From NCBI GenBank assembly GCA_944332705.1, contig CALVKM010000004.1, forward strand, positions 1,243 to 65,242: a DNA stretch of 64,000 bases, given 5' to 3'. Every line of letters starts with the position of its first letter. The stretch's first letter is position 1. The notes beneath the pieces are model-generated. The model did not search any database. It was not told the DNA's origin and saw only the letters and a program-made list of their open reading frames with translations. This DNA is from an uncultured Bacilli bacterium (GTDB lineage: Bacteria > Bacillota_I > Bacilli_A > RF39 > UBA660). Below, one piece after another: positions 46,143-54,897 of this stretch. The translations under genes and the position numbers were made by a program.

Positions 46143-46424
46143 TTAAGCATTTTCTTTCAAATCTGGTAAATTTATATTAAATTCATCTAAAATGTGTGAA
46201 TCTTTAATACTTTTATAGAATTCTGGTAATAAACTTCTAACAAGTTCTGGATCATTGATTTCTTTTAGATTTTCATCATCAGTTGTTCTACAAATGATTA
46301 AATCATCATTTTGATCCTTATTAATCAAACAATAAAAATTTTCATTATCCCTTCTTGATATTGCTGATACAACATATTCCTTATCATTATCAAGTGTTAA
46401 TACATCAAGTAATTCTATTTTCAT
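46143..46424 (-). CDS. Small acidic protein, possibly DUF1292-like
   Basis: 93 aa; L.LDNDKEYVV.....D.E.FY pattern only loosely resembles DUF1292. Confidence 0.3.
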   Translation of the reverse strand: MKIELLDVLTLDNDKEYVVSAISRRDNENFYCLINKDQNDDLIICRTTDDENLKEINDPELVRSLLPEFYKSIKDSHILDEFNINLPDLKENA

Positions 46425-46479
46425 CTACTTTGTCCCCTTTCTTCTGTCATAATACTCACCCTCTAAATTATAACATATC

Positions 46480-47106
46480 CTAACGACTTTGAGAAGTTTT
46501 TTGTTCATCCAAATACTCTTGGATATTTTCGGCTTCTTGAGTTAAATTTGCTTTATCCGCTAAGGCTTTAGCTCCCATACCAAGGACAAAGAAATCTGCA
46601 ACATTTAAAGCTCCTGATGCAAATTGAGCTAATAATTCTTCGATAGAGCCATAATCTAAGCTATCAGCAATTGGATACATTCCAAATTTATTTATGACAA
46701 ATATCCCTAAAGCAACAGCTATGCTTTCAATAACATTTATTGTCTTTTTATCGTCGTCTCTCCGATATCTTTTTACCTTTTTTATTAAATAATTTCTTTC
46801 CTCTTTATCAGTTTCCATATTATTTAAACTGTTATTCATTTTAATATTTTCAATATTTATTTCTGTTTTACTAATTTTAGCAAATTGATGAACCATAGCT
46901 AAAAAACTACCAGCTAGACCAACAGATGTTGCTGCACTTATAATACTTCGCAAGATTTCTACTATGCCATCTAAAGAAAAGCCAAAGTTACCAAAACTCA
47001 TAAAAGTGGCTATTGCACCTGTTGTTAAAGCTGCTATTGCGGCATTTTTAGTAGCATCATATCTTTCTTGATTATATTTATCAATGCTTTTTATTTTATA
47101 TTCCAT
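46480..47106 (-). CDS. Hypothetical membrane protein
   Basis: 208-aa ORF with several Ala/Gly-rich hydrophobic helices. Confidence 0.35.
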   Translation of the reverse strand: MEYKIKSIDKYNQERYDATKNAAIAALTTGAIATFMSFGNFGFSLDGIVEILRSIISAATSVGLAGSFLAMVHQFAKISKTEINIENIKMNNSLNNMETDKEERNYLIKKVKRYRRDDDKKTINVIESIAVALGIFVINKFGMYPIADSLDYGSIEELLAQFASGALNVADFFVLGMGAKALADKANLTQEAENIQEYLDEQKTSQSR

Positions 47107-47133
47107 TTTTACCTACTCCCTAGCTTAATTATA

Positions 47134-47856
47134 TCAAAAGACATATTTTATATCAACTAAATAAAGGCCATCTGCGGGTACAACACTTAAATTTTTAGAA
47201 ATATTTGGGTTATTTAACATATTTTTGACATCTTCCATAGAAGCTTTACCTCTACCTACATCAAGAATGGCTCCAACTAAGTGTCTAACCATATAGCGAT
47301 AAAAGCCCACACCTTTAAAGGTAATAAGTATTATATTTTTCTTCTTTTTGATTTTAATACTAAATATAGTTGAATGATAATCATCACGAGTGCCACTCAC
47401 AAAATTATGATAATCATGCATTCCTTCAAGTAACTTTGCAACACCCACCATTTTCTTTAAATCTAAATCATAATTATTTTGATAGTAATAACCTATTTTG
47501 GATGAATCTTTACCTAAATATATTTTATAATTATATGTTTTTTCTACAGCATTAAACCGAGCATGAAAATCATCTGGTACTCTTTTTATTTTATTAATAA
47601 TGATTTCTCCTTTTAAAGATTCATTAATCAAAGCTAAATCATTACTAGTAATTTTTTTATCAACATCAAAGTGAGCACCTTGATTAATTGCATGAACTCC
47701 GGCATCAGTTCTGCCAGACCCTTTAATTAATATTTCTTCATTAAAATATTTACTTAAAACACTTTCTAATGTTCCTTGAACACTCTTTACATCCTTTTGC
47801 CTTTGAAAACCTTTAAAAAGAGTTCCATCATAAGAAAACTTAATTAAATATCTCAT
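47134..47856 (-). CDS. truA: tRNA pseudouridine(38-40) synthase
   Basis: YDGT.F.GFQRQ and GRTDAGVHA catalytic motif; conserved position upstream of rplM-rpsI. Confidence 0.9.
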   Translation of the reverse strand: MRYLIKFSYDGTLFKGFQRQKDVKSVQGTLESVLSKYFNEEILIKGSGRTDAGVHAINQGAHFDVDKKITSNDLALINESLKGEIIINKIKRVPDDFHARFNAVEKTYNYKIYLGKDSSKIGYYYQNNYDLDLKKMVGVAKLLEGMHDYHNFVSGTRDDYHSTIFSIKIKKKKNIILITFKGVGFYRYMVRHLVGAILDVGRGKASMEDVKNMLNNPNISKNLSVVPADGLYLVDIKYVF

Positions 47857-48401
47857 GATTTTATCCTATATATAGCTTTAAGCAGTTCATCTAGTTCTCT
47901 ATAGTAATCTAGTCTTATACCATTTTTACTACTGGTATTGATGAATTCAACAATTTTAGGAACATCAACATATTTTGTTAAAATATTATCAAATATATTT
48001 TTAGTTTCATAAACTATTTTATCATTTTCTATAATATAAATATGATCTACACAATTTAGATAAAGTTCCATATTTTTATCAATTAATATTATTTTTCTAT
48101 TGTAATTTGCTATTCTTTTAAAAAGAGACGAAAAATATTCTAAATCTTTTTTAATCATTCCTTTAGAAAAATTAACTAATCTTATTTCTTTATCATGCAA
48201 GTGACTTGCAAGTATTACTTTGTTTTTATCTCTACTTGATAAATCATCAAATAATACACTCTTTATAGATTCATCTAACTTAACCATTTTTAAGGCATCT
48301 TGCATTTTATAAGTAATAATTTCTTCAACTTTTTTGCCACTATAATCCACTTCTATATAATCATTATTTATAATACCAATTATCTTACCATCTAATTCCA
48401 T
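47853..48401 (-). CDS. Half-size, motif-degenerate EcfA-like (ABC ATPase C-terminal half) protein
   Basis: No Walker A; LSSRDKNKVILASHL at the LSGGQ position, IRLVNFSKGM at Walker B position, then EcfA-type C-terminal helices; overlaps truA by 4 nt. Confidence 0.45.
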   Translation of the reverse strand: MELDGKIIGIINNDYIEVDYSGKKVEEIITYKMQDALKMVKLDESIKSVLFDDLSSRDKNKVILASHLHDKEIRLVNFSKGMIKKDLEYFSSLFKRIANYNRKIILIDKNMELYLNCVDHIYIIENDKIVYETKNIFDNILTKYVDVPKIVEFINTSSKNGIRLDYYRELDELLKAIYRIKS

Positions 48402-48865
48402 AATTCACCTACTAAAGAAGAAGTATCATAATATACTTTATCTAAAATATCATAAAATTCTAAAGAAAGCGATAAATCAACTACAAAAGGAAGACCAAAT
48501 CCTAATCTTTTTAATAACTTTTCTTCTTTTAATACTTCTTTTGAAGAGCCTTCAACAACAATATTTTCTTTATCAAATACTGTTAAATAATCAGCAAGTA
48601 ATGTATCTTCAACATCACTAGTAATAATTATATATTTAATATTTTGTTTATTTAATAAATCTAATATTTCTTTTTTTTCAGAATTATTTAAATAATAAAA
48701 TGTTTCATTAAAAACAATTCTTTTTGAAGAAAAGAACTCTAATTTGCTTAATAAATCATTAAAATTCATTTTACCTATAATAGGATAATCTTTAAATTTA
48801 TCTAATAATAATTTATTAATAGAATTACTTAAAATACAATAATTTTTAGATTCATTAATATTCAT
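48392..48865 (-). CDS. Half-size, motif-degenerate EcfA-like protein (second copy)
   Basis: No Walker A or signature; RIVFNETFYYLN at Walker B position, IIITSD at H-loop position, LGFGLPFVVDLSLSL ... LVGELW resembles the EcfA C-terminus. Confidence 0.45.
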   Translation of the reverse strand: MNINESKNYCILSNSINKLLLDKFKDYPIIGKMNFNDLLSKLEFFSSKRIVFNETFYYLNNSEKKEILDLLNKQNIKYIIITSDVEDTLLADYLTVFDKENIVVEGSSKEVLKEEKLLKRLGFGLPFVVDLSLSLEFYDILDKVYYDTSSLVGELWN

Positions 48866-49782
48866 TCTTTATTCCTACTTTCTTTATGTCTCTTAACTAA
48901 AGTTTTAATTTTAATGAAATGATGATTTATTCCAGATTTACCTATTTTATAGTCCATTTCATTAGTTATAATGTCCGCTAGTTCTTGTAGTGATACTTCT
49001 GGATATTTAATGCGAGCACTAGCTACAATCTTGGTTTTATCATCTAGTAAATCAAATAAGTCTTCTTTTTTTAAATAGTTGATATCTTCAAGTTGACTAA
49101 GACCTGCTTTGAATGTTTTTTCTTGATTAGCAATTTCACAATTATTAAGCCTATTAACCATGTTTTTATGATCTCGATATATTCTAATATCTTCAAAATA
49201 AAAAAGGGAACTTGTTGCTTTAAATAACTTTAATAAATCGCTGATATTTTCACTAGCTTTAATATAAACAATGGTTTTATATCCGCGTTTTATCATTTTA
49301 GCATTTAATTTAAAATACTCCAGTAAATTAAGAATTTGTTTAGCTAATTTTTCTTTTGTAAAAATAAATTCTAAATGATAACCACTAGTTGAAGGATTAG
49401 AAATATTTCCAACTGCTAGGAAAGCTCCTGCTAAAAAGGCAATTTTTTCTTCATTACTAACTAAAAAATCGATATCTTTTTTATTTCCTAAATTAATTGA
49501 TTCTTTTATGAAATCGATATTATCTTTAATTGTTAAAATATATATTTGTTTAACTTTAAATCTTTTTTGCATCCTTATAGTTATACTAGGACTTACTTTA
49601 TATATTGCTTTTATTTCTTTATAAATTCTTCTAGCAACTGAAGCATTTTCCATAGTGATTATTAGTTCGTCTTTACTAAATTTGCCTAAACAATTTAAAA
49701 ATGACATAAGCTCATACTCAGCTTCAACTATATTAAAATCCGTTTTGGACATTTCTTCTTTTAAACTAGTAGTAAAAGTCAT
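48862..49782 (-). CDS. whiA: DNA-binding sporulation/cell-division regulator WhiA
   Basis: MTFTTSLKEEMS N-terminus, LAGLIDADG-like middle, C-terminal HTH (SLQELADII...KSGINHHF); follows yvcK. Confidence 0.85.
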   Translation of the reverse strand: MTFTTSLKEEMSKTDFNIVEAEYELMSFLNCLGKFSKDELIITMENASVARRIYKEIKAIYKVSPSITIRMQKRFKVKQIYILTIKDNIDFIKESINLGNKKDIDFLVSNEEKIAFLAGAFLAVGNISNPSTSGYHLEFIFTKEKLAKQILNLLEYFKLNAKMIKRGYKTIVYIKASENISDLLKLFKATSSLFYFEDIRIYRDHKNMVNRLNNCEIANQEKTFKAGLSQLEDINYLKKEDLFDLLDDKTKIVASARIKYPEVSLQELADIITNEMDYKIGKSGINHHFIKIKTLVKRHKESRNKE

Positions 49783-50744
49783 TATTTATCTCCATCCATT
49801 AAATAAGAAAATATTAAATAGGCAGTCTTTAATGAATCATGCCGATAATAGCCATCTTCAATAGTAAATAATTTATCAGCAATAAGATGAATGTTGCTTC
49901 CCTCAAATTCAGATAAATCAAAAATTACAGGATCTTTTAATTCTTCGCTTGCATATTTACTAGCAAGTTTACTGCTCATAATTGTATTATTAGCAATTAC
50001 TACATCTAAGGAATTTTTACCTAAATATTTTTCTAAATAAGCCACATGATCATACACACTAAAATCATCTGTTTCTCCAGGTTGAGTAAATAGATTACAT
50101 ACATACATCTTTGGAGATGCAGCTTTATTTATAGCATTAACTAATTCTTTATCAATTAAATGCGGAATTATACTAGTAAGCAGGGAACCTGAAGAAAATA
50201 TTATTAAATCAGCACTTTTCACAGCACTAAATACCTTAGGATTAACAGTAAATTCCTTGTCATATTCGACATAATCTATTTTACTAGCACATTTAGTTAT
50301 TTGTTCTTCTCCATATATTTTTTTACCATCAGTAGTTATTCCTACTAGATTAATACTATCTTCTGTTAGGGGCAAAACAGACCCTTTTAAATCTAGAATA
50401 TCCGCCAGAACTGGTATGGCTTTATCAAAAGAACCTTTCATATCTAAAAGAGCTGTTAAAAGTAAATTTTTAACGGAATGATTTCCCAATGTTTTAGATT
50501 TAACAAAACGATAATTCATTAAATCAATTAAGTCATCAGATACATTAGCCATACTAAGCATTACTTTAGATACATCTCCAACTGCAGGAATCTTTAATTC
50601 CTTGCGAAGTCTACCCGAACTTGCTCCATTATCTGCAACAGTAACAACTGCTGTAATTTCTATAGGAAATAACTTTAATCCTTTTAATAATTGTGAAAGG
50701 CCACTACCTCCACCAAAAATAACAACTTTTTTCATATACATCAC
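49782..50744 (-). CDS. yvcK: YvcK-family gluconeogenesis factor / UDP-sugar binding protein
   Basis: VVIFGGGSGLSQLLKGLK ... TAVVTVADNGASSGRLR motifs; true start probably ATG at 50735 or 50741. Confidence 0.85.
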   Translation of the reverse strand: MMYMKKVVIFGGGSGLSQLLKGLKLFPIEITAVVTVADNGASSGRLRKELKIPAVGDVSKVMLSMANVSDDLIDLMNYRFVKSKTLGNHSVKNLLLTALLDMKGSFDKAIPVLADILDLKGSVLPLTEDSINLVGITTDGKKIYGEEQITKCASKIDYVEYDKEFTVNPKVFSAVKSADLIIFSSGSLLTSIIPHLIDKELVNAINKAASPKMYVCNLFTQPGETDDFSVYDHVAYLEKYLGKNSLDVVIANNTIMSSKLASKYASEELKDPVIFDLSEFEGSNIHLIADKLFTIEDGYYRHDSLKTAYLIFSYLMDGDK

Positions 50745-50769
50745 AATTTAAGTATACCATAAATTTAAA

Positions 50770-51693
50770 TTAAATAAAATGAAAACTAGAACGCTTTACT
50801 CCACCACTTACTTCAAAACACTTAGTAGTTATAATAAATGCTTGAGGATCAATTTCTAAAATAGCTTCTTTAAAACGATAATAATCATGATTAGATAATA
50901 CACACATTATCATATGCCCCCTCTTTAAAGAATAACCACCACGGCTTGGAATAATAGTTAAACCAGTTTTAAAATCTTCTAATATTAATTTTTTTATCTT
51001 TCTTACTCTTTTAGTATAAATATAAAATACTTTACTATCCGAAATACCAAACATTATTTTATCAATAAAATAAGTTGATGTAATTAAAATAATAAATGAA
51101 TATACTCCTTTATTAAAACCAAATGTCAACATTCCAATAATTATTATTAAACTATTAGCAAAAATCATTGCTTTAGATTCACTAACATGGATATATTTAT
51201 TAATTATTTGCATAATTATATCACTACCACCTGTAGAAAAACCACTTCGGTAAATTAAACCATTACTAACACCATATAAAATAATAGAAAAAAGTAATAT
51301 TATAAGAAAGTCATCACCAATTATATGATTATTTAAAAACTTAGCCATTGGAGTTGTTATAGTAAGCATCAACGGAAACATAATAGAACCAGCAATATTT
51401 CTTTTTGTAATTTTCCATTTTAAAAATATTAAACTTACAATTAACAATAAAAAATTAGTAATATAAATAAATACTTGAGGATTCCACCCAAACAATTTTT
51501 GAGTAACAATAGATACTCCACTAAAACCACAGACAACCAAATCATTGGGAATTAAAAACATATTAAAACATAAAGCATATAAAAATATTCCAAAGACAAA
51601 AGATAAACCCTCAAATATAGTTTCTTTATCAGTTTCACTTATCATATTATCACCTATCATATTAATTATAAAACATAAGCAAGTTTTTAGCAA
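50770..51693 (-). CDS. YitT-family membrane protein (DUF2179 C-terminal domain)
   Basis: Five or six TMs with FSTGGSDI-type motif then soluble C-terminal domain. Confidence 0.7.
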   Translation of the reverse strand: MLKTCLCFIINMIGDNMISETDKETIFEGLSFVFGIFLYALCFNMFLIPNDLVVCGFSGVSIVTQKLFGWNPQVFIYITNFLLLIVSLIFLKWKITKRNIAGSIMFPLMLTITTPMAKFLNNHIIGDDFLIILLFSIILYGVSNGLIYRSGFSTGGSDIIMQIINKYIHVSESKAMIFANSLIIIIGMLTFGFNKGVYSFIILITSTYFIDKIMFGISDSKVFYIYTKRVRKIKKLILEDFKTGLTIIPSRGGYSLKRGHMIMCVLSNHDYYRFKEAILEIDPQAFIITTKCFEVSGGVKRSSFHFI

Positions 51694-51738
51694 ATATATT
51701 TAGTACTTTGCATATATTTTTTTAGAGGTGAATTAAAA

Positions 51739-52113
51739 ATGAATGGAAGTTTTTATCAAAATCCAACATTTCCAGGGAGTAACTATCAAACACCACAAAC
51801 TCCACCAGGAAATATTTCTATTAATGATGTAAGCAATACTAGTATTCCCCTAACTATGGAACAAAGCTACATTGAAAACATACTTCGACTAAATAAGGGA
51901 AGAAAAGTAAAAGCTTATGTATCATATCCGGATAGTAGTGCTTGGCAAAATAAAATTTATGAAGGAATTATTGAAGAAGCCGGAAAAGATCATTTAATAA
52001 TTTATGATAATGCTAATAATTTATGGTATTTAATTAGAATTATTTATCTAAATTATGTTGAATTCATGGAACCAATAATCTATTCTCACGCTTATTCAGA
52101 TAAGACATATTAA
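51739..52113 (+). CDS. gerQ: Spore coat protein GerQ
   Basis: Gln/Pro-rich N-terminus then SYIENILRLNKGRKV...EEAGKDHLIIYD...YLIRIIYLNYVEF, close to the B. subtilis GerQ core. Confidence 0.7.
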   Translation: MNGSFYQNPTFPGSNYQTPQTPPGNISINDVSNTSIPLTMEQSYIENILRLNKGRKVKAYVSYPDSSAWQNKIYEGIIEEAGKDHLIIYDNANNLWYLIRIIYLNYVEFMEPIIYSHAYSDKTY

Positions 52114-52150
52114 CAAAAAAAAGATATCGAAAACTCACGATATCTTTTAT
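52114..52150. terminator. Bidirectional terminator between gerQ and the surface-protein gene
   Basis: AAGATATCG-8 nt-CGATATCTT hairpin flanked by A8 and T4. Confidence 0.7.
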
Positions 52151-52695
52151 ATTTTATATAATTTTTTATTTTTCTTTGATAAAAATAGAATTGTTGCAGC
52201 TATACCTATGCCTCCAGCAATTAAAGTATAATTCATAAATGCTCCAGTATCAGGATTAGTAAGTTCACCATCACTACCAAGTGTACCAGTTGCCTCAGCT
52301 ACAGTAATAACCTCACCATTAATTTCAAATTGAGCAGAATAATCAGTATTATAATTATTCAGAGTTAACTCTAAATTACCTAATGTATTACTAGCACCTT
52401 CTCCTTTAGTAAATACCATAGTTATTGTATTACCATCTCTAGTTGCAGTTCCACTCCATCCTTCCGCTGGAACTACTCCATCAAGTTCAATTTGATCTGA
52501 ATCTCCTGTTAGAACAAAATCTATTGTTAAATGCGATTGACTTAAATCATTAGTTGTAAGAGTATATACTTGTTTGCAAGTCCCACTACACCATCTTTCG
52601 CCATAATAGCCTATACTTGCAGCATTAGCGCTGATTGGATTTAATATAACCATAGCCAAAACTATTCCCCAAAGCATTTTTTTCAAAATAATCAA
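52147..52695 (-). CDS. Secreted surface protein with C-terminal sortase-type sorting signal (NPDTG)
   Basis: Signal peptide (..ISANA/AS), C-terminal LTNPDTG + hydrophobic helix + KKNKK tail. Confidence 0.5.
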   Translation of the reverse strand: MIILKKMLWGIVLAMVILNPISANAASIGYYGERWCSGTCKQVYTLTTNDLSQSHLTIDFVLTGDSDQIELDGVVPAEGWSGTATRDGNTITMVFTKGEGASNTLGNLELTLNNYNTDYSAQFEINGEVITVAEATGTLGSDGELTNPDTGAFMNYTLIAGGIGIAATILFLSKKNKKLYKI

Positions 52696-52854
52696 CTCCT
52701 TTATTTTAGAATATCAACTAATTTAATTTTTGTAAATAAATTCACAACTTTTTTATAATTTTTGGTGTAAAGAGTGTCAAATTTCTTTGAGTTTAACTCA
52801 ATGGAGTATTAGAGAAAAAATGCTTACCATATTATTAATGGATGGTGGTAATTT

Positions 52855-53121
52855 GTGACTTTAAAACAAATTTTTGGAAAAAATGTAAAATATTATCGTT
52901 TTTTAAGAAAAATGACCCAAGAAACTTTTGCCGAAAAAGTGAATTTAAATGCTTCATATGTAAGTGAACTAGAAAATGGTAAATATGGTCCAACCTTTGA
53001 AAAGATTGAAGAAATTGCCAAAGTATTAAATGTCAAAGTTTATAAACTATTTGAAGAAAATGATAATACCCATAAAACTTTACCTAAACGAGTAGACATG
53101 AAACACAGTACGCATATTTAA
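52855..53121 (+). CDS. XRE-family HTH transcriptional regulator
   Basis: MTQETFAEKVNLNASYVSELENG HTH_3 pattern; GTG start after GGTGG SD. Confidence 0.8.
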   Translation: MTLKQIFGKNVKYYRFLRKMTQETFAEKVNLNASYVSELENGKYGPTFEKIEEIAKVLNVKVYKLFEENDNTHKTLPKRVDMKHSTHI

Positions 53122-53127
53122 ATAGCA

Positions 53128-53155
53128 AAAATTTCCCATATTTATGGGAAATTTT
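53128..53155. terminator. Palindromic hairpin A (12-bp stem, loop ATTT), terminator-like
   Basis: AAAATTTCCCAT-ATTT-ATGGGAAATTTT followed by a T-rich run; near-identical inverted copy at 54366-54391. Confidence 0.65.
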
Positions 53156-53244
53156 ATTATTAACTGTCAAACTTTATAACCTATTAACACTTTTATTTGA
53201 TAAACTATTATATTCTTCTAAATCATTTTTATATTCTTGAACAT

Positions 53245-54306
53245 TTAGTAAAATGTTCTTGCTATTTCATCATCTATAGTATTATTTAAATAACCATCTA
53301 ATTTATTTAAATAAGAAAATAAGTCTTTCTTTTCATATAATATTAATAATATATCTTGTAACTTTTTTATTAATTCTAATCTAGTAATTTTAATATTTTT
53401 ATTATCAAGGGTTAATTCTATTGACATACTCTCTTCTAAATCTAATTTAGGTTTTGAAAATAAAATATTATTTTTATATCTAGTAATAAGTTCATTTATT
53501 ATAATTTTTATTTCATTTATATTAATATTATAATTAGATAAAAAATCTTGTATTTCTATAACTAAATCATTTATTTCTTTATCTTCAGTATTTTTTAAAG
53601 TTTCTTCTTTATATTCGTTATCAATTATAATATTATTATAAATTGTATTTTTGTACATACTAAATTCTAATTTTTCTAAATATGTTAGTTCATGTTTAAA
53701 CTTAATATTAATTCTCTTTAAATTATCAAAATTATATTTTAATTTTTTAGTAAAATATTTAAAATATTTAAAATCTATATCTATTAAATTTAATACTTTA
53801 ACATAATCACAATTACTACAACCTATCTCTAGTATATTATCACTAAAAGTTAAATTTTCTATTTCATTTCCTAAAAATGTATGATTACAAATAGCTCTTA
53901 AACCTTTACCTAATTTAACTTTTTTTAATTTGTTGTATTCAAATGCATATGACCCAATATATCCTATAGAATCAGCAATAACTAAACTCTCTAATAAATT
54001 ATAAGAAAAAGTGTGTTTATCAATACGATGTAAGTCATTAGGAAAATAAATATCAGTAATTTTGTTACGAGAAAAAGCATACTGCTTAATTATATGTACA
54101 CCATTACAAAAAACAACTCTATTAATATCCATATTGGCAAAAACATTCGGCTCAATAATTTCTACAAATTCTGGAATCGTAACATCTGTTATCTCATCTA
54201 TAATATTCTTTGAATCATTAACAAAATAGCATTTATCAAGTATTCTAGTACGATATATGCTAAAAACAATTTTGCCATCACTATTATAAGCTATAGGATA
54301 TAACAT
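53245..54306 (-). CDS. Leucine-rich repeat protein (BspA-type LRR_5), no signal peptide seen
   Basis: Repeated I..I...AF....L..V.F/L units (e.g. IIKQYAFSRNKITDIYFPNDLHRIDKHTFSYNLLESLVI) in the N-terminal half; Ile/Asn/Lys-rich helical C-terminal half. Confidence 0.65.
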   Translation of the reverse strand: MLYPIAYNSDGKIVFSIYRTRILDKCYFVNDSKNIIDEITDVTIPEFVEIIEPNVFANMDINRVVFCNGVHIIKQYAFSRNKITDIYFPNDLHRIDKHTFSYNLLESLVIADSIGYIGSYAFEYNKLKKVKLGKGLRAICNHTFLGNEIENLTFSDNILEIGCSNCDYVKVLNLIDIDFKYFKYFTKKLKYNFDNLKRINIKFKHELTYLEKLEFSMYKNTIYNNIIIDNEYKEETLKNTEDKEINDLVIEIQDFLSNYNININEIKIIINELITRYKNNILFSKPKLDLEESMSIELTLDNKNIKITRLELIKKLQDILLILYEKKDLFSYLNKLDGYLNNTIDDEIARTFY

Positions 54307-54333
54307 TTGAGTTCCCCCTTAAAATATGCAACT

Positions 54334-54362
54334 ATTATAATAATAAAAAGCCTTATTAACAA
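54334..54362 (-). promoter_or_regulatory. Sigma-A-type promoter of the LRR gene
   Basis: Minus strand TTGTTA - 17 nt - TATAAT, upstream of GGGGG SD and ATG at 54306. Confidence 0.5.
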
Positions 54363-54365
54363 GAA

Positions 54366-54391
54366 AAATTTCCCATAAATATGGGAAATTT
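54366..54391. terminator. Palindromic hairpin B (11-bp stem, loop AAAT), terminator of MBL-fold gene
   Basis: AAATTTCCCAT-AAAT-ATGGGAAATTT; exact reverse complement of hairpin A over 26 nt. Confidence 0.65.
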
Positions 54392-54896
54392 AGTTTAATT
54401 CATTATAATAATATTTAAAATTATTTTTCTCGTATCCTAAAGTAGTTTTTTCACCATGTCCAGGATAAATTATTAAATCATCAGGATACTTACTAATCAT
54501 TTTAAGACTTTCAATCATTTCTTTATCATTACCAGTTTCTAAATCTGTTCTACCAATACTATTTTGGAATATAAAATCCCCACAGAACAATACTTTTTCT
54601 TCTTTAAAGTAATAACTTACAGAATCTTTAGAGTGTCCTGGATTTTTGATTATTTCAAAACCAATATTAGGACAGTTCCCTTCTTTAATGCTAAAGTGTT
54701 TTTCTATTTCTTTAAGTGCTCCGGTATGATCAAAATGGTGATGAGTTATTAAAACTCCAACAACATTTAAACCATTACACTCTTTTATTATATTTTGGGC
54801 TTCATCTCCCGGATCAATAATAATTGTTTGATTATTTTTGGTAATAATATAACAATTTTCTTCCAATGAACCAACGCAAACTTTCTTTATTTCCAT
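54390..54896 (-). CDS. MBL-fold metallo-hydrolase (glyoxalase II-like)
   Basis: ITHHHFDHTG motif; start taken at MEIKK (ATG 54896), 1 nt after the upstream stop, rather than the overlapping 54989 start. Confidence 0.8.
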   Translation of the reverse strand: MEIKKVCVGSLEENCYIITKNNQTIIIDPGDEAQNIIKECNGLNVVGVLITHHHFDHTGALKEIEKHFSIKEGNCPNIGFEIIKNPGHSKDSVSYYFKEEKVLFCGDFIFQNSIGRTDLETGNDKEMIESLKMISKYPDDLIIYPGHGEKTTLGYEKNNFKYYYNELN

Positions 54897-54897
54897 G

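Noticed and set aside
49782-51693. No rapZ/yvcJ gene upstream of yvcK-whiA; a YitT-family gene sits there instead
   Set aside because: The gene may simply be located elsewhere. Absence within one window is not evidence of loss.
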